Assembly: GCA_963826115.1 (NCBI GenBank)
Contig: CAWGVS010000005.1
Coordinates: forward strand, 768,001-832,000
From: an uncultured Candidatus Rokubacteria bacterium
GTDB taxonomy: Bacteria > Methylomirabilota > Methylomirabilia > Rokubacteriales > DASRDR01
Reading direction: 5' to 3'
DNA length: 64,000 nucleotides
The notes below the pieces were generated by a model, which had not been told where the DNA came from, did no database searches, and saw only the letters and a list, made by a program, of their open reading frames with translations. Each line of letters begins with the position of its first letter. Positions within the stretch are counted from its first letter, which is position 1. Shown one piece after another: positions 58,657 through 64,000 of the stretch. The position numbers and the translations under genes were made by a program.

Positions 58657-60363
58657 TCAGCCTCCTCTCTTACCCGGTCGGGTGAGCGATGTGTCCCCGC
58701 GCGGCGGTTGGCTCACGATCCCATGGAGCAAGCGTAACGCACCTGCGCGGCTTCGGAACTGTCCTGCTGCCTGGGCTGCCCGGAGCGCCTTCAACAGCTC
58801 GCCGATCCGCGGCCCGGGCGGGACGCCCAGGGCCGCGACGTCGTCGCCGGTCACGAGCGTGGGAACGCGCGCCCCGCGCCGGAGGTGGCGGTCGACGCGC
58901 GCGCGGCTCGCGGGTCCGGCGAGGGCCCGCGCCCAGGCGAGGGTGAGCGGCGCCACGCCTTCCAGCAGGCGGTGCGTTGCCGCCCGTCCCCGCGTCCCGC
59001 CGAGCCGGCGCGTGAGCGCCGGGGCGTCCCGGCGGGCCTGCCGCACCGCCGCGCGCGCGGAGGGCGCCAGGGCGAGCCGCTCCATCGGCGCCTCGAGCGC
59101 GTCGCGGTCGCCCCACAGGGCCAGCGTCGCGAGGGCGACGGCCGCGTCGGCGTCGCGACGCGCCGGGGCGAACGGCGCCCGCGTGGCCGCGAGGCGACGG
59201 GACGCCGCGCGAGCCGGCGACGGCGCGCCGAGAAGACGCCACGCGCCGAGCCTCGTCGCTTCGCGGACCGCGGCGGCCGGCCGGACCTCGGCGAGCAGGA
59301 GCTCGAGCTCGGCGCGCAAGCGATCGCCCGAGAGGCCCCGGTAGATGTCGAGCCCCGCGGCCTCGGCGGCCAGACGGCGCGTCGTCGGGTCCACCCGGCA
59401 GCCCAGGCGGGCGGCGAATCGCGCCGCGCGGAAGATCCGCGTCGGGTCCTCCACGAACGAGAGGGGGTGGAGGACGCGCAGGCGTCGAGCGCGAAGGTCC
59501 GCCAGACCGCCGGTCGCGTCGACGATCTCGCCCCACGCGTCGCGATCGAGCCGGGCCGCCAGCGCGTTCAGCGAGAAGTCTCGCCGCACGAGATCTTCCT
59601 CGAGCCTCGCCGGCGCCACCGCGGGCAAGGCGCCCGGGACCCGGTAGGATTCGCGCCGCGCGGTGGCGAGGTCGATGCGGCGGCCGTCCGGGAGCGTCAC
59701 GGTGGCGGTGAGGAACGCGTGGTGCTCGAGGATTCGACCTCCGAGACTCCGCGCGAGCGCATGCCCGAGTGCCGCCGCGCTCCCCTCCACCGCGAGGTCG
59801 AGGTCGGTCCGCTCGTCCGCGCGGCCGAGCAGGAGGTCACGCACCAGGCCGCCGACGGCGGCGACGCGGAGACCCAGCGCGTCCCCGTGGGCGCCCGCGG
59901 CTCGCAGGATCTCCGCGACGCGGTGGGGCAGCCGGTCGAGCTGAGATGCGACCGAAAACGGCAAGGGGCGTGCCGCCCTCTCGTCGCGGAAGACCGCGCC
60001 CTCCGGGCGGCCCGACGGGCCGACCAGGACGAAGGGCCGACCGGGTCCGAGCTGCCGGCGGACGGCCACCTCGGCGGTGCCCGGAGCCACGAGGGGGGCG
60101 TCCCAGAGGACCGCCGTCAGCGGAGCCCGGTGGAGACCCAGCGCGAGGGCTCGGGCCAGCGTTTCCTTCGACGCGGCCCCCCAGGCGCCGCCGGTGCGCG
60201 CGACGACGAGCGGCGCTCGGCGCCGCTCCCGGAGGTGCGACGCCCGCGCGATCGTGAGGTCCGGAGGCACGACGAGCGGCGGCCGTCCCATGAGTCCCGC
60301 GGCTCGGGGGTCCACCTGCGGGTACGTCGTGCGGCGGATCGTCACGGCGAGGCTCCCGCTCAT
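58657..60363 (-). CDS. tRNA nucleotidyltransferase (class II; probably A-adding type) with degenerate CBS-like N-terminus
   Basis: [49 protein letters not shown]. Confidence 0.88.
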   Translation of the reverse strand: MSGSLAVTIRRTTYPQVDPRAAGLMGRPPLVVPPDLTIARASHLRERRRAPLVVARTGGAWGAASKETLARALALGLHRAPLTAVLWDAPLVAPGTAEVAVRRQLGPGRPFVLVGPSGRPEGAVFRDERAARPLPFSVASQLDRLPHRVAEILRAAGAHGDALGLRVAAVGGLVRDLLLGRADERTDLDLAVEGSAAALGHALARSLGGRILEHHAFLTATVTLPDGRRIDLATARRESYRVPGALPAVAPARLEEDLVRRDFSLNALAARLDRDAWGEIVDATGGLADLRARRLRVLHPLSFVEDPTRIFRAARFAARLGCRVDPTTRRLAAEAAGLDIYRGLSGDRLRAELELLLAEVRPAAAVREATRLGAWRLLGAPSPARAASRRLAATRAPFAPARRDADAAVALATLALWGDRDALEAPMERLALAPSARAAVRQARRDAPALTRRLGGTRGRAATHRLLEGVAPLTLAWARALAGPASRARVDRHLRRGARVPTLVTGDDVAALGVPPGPRIGELLKALRAAQAAGQFRSRAGALRLLHGIVSQPPRGDTSLTRPGKRGG

Positions 60364-60403
60364 CCCGCCCGCCGTCGCGCCGGTCTCACGCCCGCGCTCA
60401 CGC

Positions 60404-61312
60404 TCACGCCCTCGGGTGGAACGTGCGGTAGAGGCGGCGCACGGCGTCGGTCGGGAGGTGCGTGTAGATCTCCGTGGTGCCGATGTCGGCGTGACCGAGG
60501 AGCGCCTGCACCGACCGGAGGTCGGCGCCGCCTTCGAGGAGGTGGCTCGCGAAGGAGTGGCGGAGCGCGTGGGGGTAGCCGCCCCGGAGTCCCGCCTGGC
60601 GCGCGCGGGCGCGCACGATGCGCCAGAGCTCCTGGCGGGCGACCGGCCGGCCGCGCGCGCTCACGAAGAGCGTGCCCGGGTCTCGTCCGCGGACGAGCTC
60701 TGGGCGCCCGCGCTCGAGGTACTGGGCGACGGCCCGGCGGGCCGCGTCCCCGATCGGGACGAGTCGCTGGCGATCGCGCTTGCCGCGGCAGACGAGGAGC
60801 TGGGCCTGGAGGTCCACGTCGGCGGGCCGGAGGCCGACCAGCTCCGAGGCGCGGAGCCCCGATCCGTAGAGCAGCTCCAGCATCGCGCGGTCCCGCCGGG
60901 CGCGCGGAGTCTGGTCGGCGGGCGCCTCCACGAGCGCGGCCGCGTCCCGCTTGGAGAGCGCTCGCGGCAGGCGGCGGGGGAGCCGGGGCGTCTCGAGGAG
61001 CGCGGCGGGGTTCTCCGGCAGGCGGCCCGCGTGCCGCCCGAACCGGTAGAGCCCGCGCATGGCCGCGAGACCGCGGGCCAGCGTGCGGGGGCTCCGACCC
61101 TCCCGACGGAGCGCCTCCAGGTGCGCGACCAGGTCGTCCGGCCGCGCCGTCTCGAGGGTCCGCCGGCGGGTCCGGAGAAACGCGGCGAGGCGCGACAGGT
61201 CGCGCCGGTAGGCGGCGATGGTGAGGGCCGAGCTGCCGTCCTCGACGCGCAGTCGCTCGAGGAACTCGTCCACCAGGGGGCCGGGCGTCGAGGGCGCCGC
61301 CCCTCCTCTCAT
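60404..61312 (-). CDS. xerD: Tyrosine recombinase XerD
   Basis: AYRRDL, RDRAMLELLYGSGLRASEL, GK, HALRHSFASHLL.GGADLRSVQ.LLGH..I.TT.IYTH. Confidence 0.93.
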   Translation of the reverse strand: MRGGAAPSTPGPLVDEFLERLRVEDGSSALTIAAYRRDLSRLAAFLRTRRRTLETARPDDLVAHLEALRREGRSPRTLARGLAAMRGLYRFGRHAGRLPENPAALLETPRLPRRLPRALSKRDAAALVEAPADQTPRARRDRAMLELLYGSGLRASELVGLRPADVDLQAQLLVCRGKRDRQRLVPIGDAARRAVAQYLERGRPELVRGRDPGTLFVSARGRPVARQELWRIVRARARQAGLRGGYPHALRHSFASHLLEGGADLRSVQALLGHADIGTTEIYTHLPTDAVRRLYRTFHPRA

Positions 61313-61758
61313 GCCCGCTCGCGCGAGTCGAGGAGGACCGTCACCGGGCCGTCGTTCGCGAGCCGCACGACCATGTGGGCGCCGAAGCGGCCTTCCACGA
61401 CCGGCACGCCGCCGCCCCTGAGCCGCTCGGCCACGTCCTTCACCATCGGCGCGGCCACGTCGGGCGGGGCGGCACCGAGGAAGTCGGGGCGCCGACCGCG
61501 GCGCGTGTTGGCCAGGAGCGTGAACTGGGAGACGAGGAGGCAGCTGCCGCCGGTCTCGAGCAGGGAGTGCTGAAACTTTCCCTGCTCGTCTTCGAAGATG
61601 CGGAGGTGGAGGATCTTGTCGGCGAGGTACCGAACGTCCTCGGGCCCGTCACCGGCCGCAACGCCGAGGAGGGTGACGAGGCCCCGGTCGATGCTGCCGA
61701 TCACCTGGCGATCCGCCTCGACCGACGCTCCGGTCACGCGCTGCAGCAAGGCCCGCAT
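61309..61758 (-). CDS. dtd: D-aminoacyl-tRNA deacylase
   Basis: MRALLQRV..ASV, LRIF.D, VSQFTL, GRRP.F, FGA.M.V.L.NDGPVT. Confidence 0.97.
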   Translation of the reverse strand: MRALLQRVTGASVEADRQVIGSIDRGLVTLLGVAAGDGPEDVRYLADKILHLRIFEDEQGKFQHSLLETGGSCLLVSQFTLLANTRRGRRPDFLGAAPPDVAAPMVKDVAERLRGGGVPVVEGRFGAHMVVRLANDGPVTVLLDSRERA

Positions 61759-61782
61759 GTGGTCCGGTCTCGGACGAGTATA

Positions 61783-63429
61783 TCAACGGCCGTCCGCGCG
61801 GCGCAAGGAACTCCTTCGCCAGCGGCCCCCGAGCGCGTTCCGCGCGAGCTTCACCTCTTCGGCGCCGAGCGCGGCGTGACAGCCGACGTAGGCGGCCGTC
61901 GATCCGACGATCACCGCGGCCAGCCACACGGCCTCCGCGAGGCGCCCCGCCGGCGGCGGCACGAAGCGCGCCACGAGGACGAGGAGCAGGCACAGCCCGG
62001 CCGACACGCCGGCGTTGCGCAGCCAGCCCCGCCGCGCGCCGGGAATCGGCCGGCCGGGAAGCCGGCGGCGGAGGAGCACGGCGAGGACGATCGCGTTGAG
62101 CGTGGCGGCGGCGGCGATGGCGATGGCGAGGCCGACGTGGCCGAGGGGCCGCGCCAGGAGCGCCGCGATCCCGCAGTTGAAGGCCATCGCGCAGGCCGAG
62201 ACCTTGACGGGTGTCTTCGTGTCGCCGAGCGCGAAGAACGCCTGCGCGGAGATCTTGGCCGTCGACGAGCCGACGATCCCGAGCGCGTACATGGCGACCG
62301 CCCCGGCGGTGCCCGCGGTCTCGGCGGGTCCGAAGTGCCCCCGCTGGTAGAGCACGCGGACGATCGGCTCCGAGAGGACGAAGAGGCCCACCGCCGCCGG
62401 CATGCTGACGAACGTCGCGAGGCGCAGGGCGAACGACACGGTCTCGCGGACCGCCCCCCGATCCCGGCGTGCCGCCTGCTCCGACAGGGTCGGCAGCACC
62501 GCGGTCGCGATCGCGACGCCGAAGACGCCGAGCGGAAACTCGATCAGGCGGTCGGCGTAGTAGAGGTACGAGACGCTGCCCTTCGCGAGGAACGACGCGA
62601 TGATCGTGTTGACGACGGTGCCGAGGTGGGTCGCCGACTGCCCGACGACGACCGGCGCCACGAGCCCGAGGACCCGCCGGACCGCGGGGTGACCGAGCGC
62701 GATCCGGGGCGCCGTCAGGAGGCCGCGCTTTCCGAGCCAGGGCAGCTGCATCAGGAGCTGGCCGGCTCCGCCCAGGAGGACGCCCACCGCGAGGCCGATG
62801 ACCGGCTCCGACAGGTGAGGCGCGACGACGAGGGCGCCGAAGATGATGCTCACGTTCAGGGCGACCGGGGTCAGCGCCGGAACGAGGAAGTGGCGATGCG
62901 CGTTGAGCACGCCCATGACCAGCGCCGAGAGGCCCACGAAGAAGAGGTACGGGAACATGAGGCGCGTCAGGCGCACCGTCAGCTCGCCCACCGCCGGGTT
63001 GGCGAAGAAGCCGGGCGCCATCACCCGGACCACCCACGGCGCGCCGACGATGCCGAGGAGCGTCAGGGCGCCGAGGACGAGGGTCATCATTCCGGCCACG
63101 GCGCGCAGCATCCGGAGCGTGTCGGAGCGCGATCGGGTGGTCACGTACTCCGTGAACACCGGCACGAAGGCCGCCGACAGCGCGCCCTCCGCGACCAGGC
63201 GCCGGAGGAGGTTCGGCAGCCGGAACGCGACGAAGAAGGCGTCGGTGGCGACGCTCGCGCCGAAGGCGCGGGCGATGACGAGGTCCCGCACGAAGCCGAG
63301 GATCCGGCTGGCCAGCGTTGCGGAGCTGACGACCGCCGCCGCGCGCGCCACCGCCCGCCGGGCCCCCCTGATGGGAGGCGGTGGCGGGGACTCGGTGTCC
63401 TCGCTCCCGATCGGAAGGTCCGTGCTCAC
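61783..63429 (-). CDS. murJ: Lipid II flippase MurJ
   Basis: SRILGFVRD, DAF..AFRLPNL.RRL.AEGA.S.AFVP, LYYADRLIEFPLG. Confidence 0.97.
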   Translation of the reverse strand: MSTDLPIGSEDTESPPPPPIRGARRAVARAAAVVSSATLASRILGFVRDLVIARAFGASVATDAFFVAFRLPNLLRRLVAEGALSAAFVPVFTEYVTTRSRSDTLRMLRAVAGMMTLVLGALTLLGIVGAPWVVRVMAPGFFANPAVGELTVRLTRLMFPYLFFVGLSALVMGVLNAHRHFLVPALTPVALNVSIIFGALVVAPHLSEPVIGLAVGVLLGGAGQLLMQLPWLGKRGLLTAPRIALGHPAVRRVLGLVAPVVVGQSATHLGTVVNTIIASFLAKGSVSYLYYADRLIEFPLGVFGVAIATAVLPTLSEQAARRDRGAVRETVSFALRLATFVSMPAAVGLFVLSEPIVRVLYQRGHFGPAETAGTAGAVAMYALGIVGSSTAKISAQAFFALGDTKTPVKVSACAMAFNCGIAALLARPLGHVGLAIAIAAAATLNAIVLAVLLRRRLPGRPIPGARRGWLRNAGVSAGLCLLLVLVARFVPPPAGRLAEAVWLAAVIVGSTAAYVGCHAALGAEEVKLARNALGGRWRRSSLRRADGR

Positions 63430-63464
63430 CCGACTATCGACGGCCGCGATGGGTGTCGCGAACC

Positions 63465-63493
63465 TTGACAGCCCCGGCGGGGCACGGTACGCT
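63465..63493 (+). promoter_or_regulatory. sigma70-like promoter of rpsT
   Basis: TTGACA-17-TACGCT. Confidence 0.65.
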
Positions 63494-63569
63494 CCGAAGT
63501 CGCGCGTGGAGAGCGTCGCCGCGACCGCAGCGGCGACGCGCGCAACGCATCCCTGGAGGAGGTGATCCG

Positions 63570-63839
63570 ATGGCGAACATCAAGTCCGCGATCAAGCGTA
63601 TCCGCCAGACCGAGAAGCGGCGCGTCCGCAACGCTGCCGTCCGGTCGACGGTCCGGACCTCGGTCAAGAGCGCGCGCGCGGCGATCGAGGGTGGCCAAGC
63701 CGCTCAGGCCCGCGAGACCCTGCTGCGCACGATCCAGGTCCTCGACAAGGCGGTCACCAAGGGCGTCATCCACAAGAACACGGCCGCCCGCAAGAAGTCC
63801 CGCCTCACGCGTCAGCTGAACGCACTCGCGAGCCGCTAG
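63570..63839 (+). CDS. rpsT: 30S ribosomal protein S20
   Basis: MANIKSAIKR, DKAVTKGVIHKNTAARKKSRL; GGAGGTGA SD. Confidence 0.98.
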   Translation: MANIKSAIKRIRQTEKRRVRNAAVRSTVRTSVKSARAAIEGGQAAQARETLLRTIQVLDKAVTKGVIHKNTAARKKSRLTRQLNALASR

Positions 63840-64000
63840 CCCGCCAGATCGGCGACCAGGCAGATCAAGAGGGCCCGGGGGTGCCTCGCCCCCGTCTTGA
63901 TCCCCTGCTCCACCTCGAAGCACCGGTCCGCCGCGCGGAAAAGGCCCCGAGCCCCGACGGCGCGCGCCCGCGCCACGAGCCGTTCCACCGCCCAGTCGGG
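63836..64000 (-). CDS. holA: C-terminus of DNA polymerase III delta subunit (partial)
   Basis: PDWAVERLVARAR..CFEVEQGIKTG..PRALLICLVADLAG*; convergent with rpsT as in the usual holA-rpsT synteny, sharing CTAG. Confidence 0.7.
   Translation of the reverse strand, partial: PDWAVERLVARARAVGARGLFRAADRCFEVEQGIKTGARHPRALLICLVADLAG

Noticed and set aside
60404-61312. Tyrosine recombinase as a possible prophage or island integrase
   Set aside because: XerD-type motifs, coupled to dtd within housekeeping genes; no att-like repeats, tRNA or cargo

Overview
A very GC-rich bacterial chromosomal window from a diderm, LPS-producing organism. Gene content and order suggest Candidatus Rokubacteria/Methylomirabilota, but this is inference only. 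The right ~40 kb is core housekeeping, nearly all on the minus strand: holA(3'), rpsT, murJ, dtd, xerD, tRNA nucleotidyltransferase, pyrG, kdsA, kdsD, lptC-lptA-lptB-rpoN-hpf-rapZ, metK, a PHP-hydrolase/ArnT-like/GT2/UPF0182 operon, a fused lptF-lptG, valS-birA-coaX, guaB3-guaA, an SPFH protein, dnaE-accA. The left ~25 kb is a patchwork of accessory and metabolic genes: a divergent ABC transporter, DUF1801, Qor, VOC, PhyH dioxygenase, DedA, ilvE, a membrane-anchored pYEATS-like protein, MFS, a dihydroxyphthalate-decarboxylase-like protein, mgtE, leuA, Usp, a bactofilin operon, a DUF151-GT4-DUF6665-PaaA-like operon, and an enlarged FBP aldolase/phosphatase opposite a SorC/CggR-type regulator. 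No tRNA, rRNA, CRISPR array, IS or prophage was seen. The most notable signals missing from the ORF track are: a leaderless Leu-rich leader peptide with an attenuator-like structure before leuA; a perfect 16-bp palindrome in the fbp/regulator divergon; a recurring leaderless-promoter architecture; an ACG-start small gene; a frameshifted CHRD remnant; a switch-like structure upstream of mgtE; and a Cys/His-rich secreted repeat protein inserted between pyrG and kdsA. All family assignments come from recognising motifs by eye, not from database searches.
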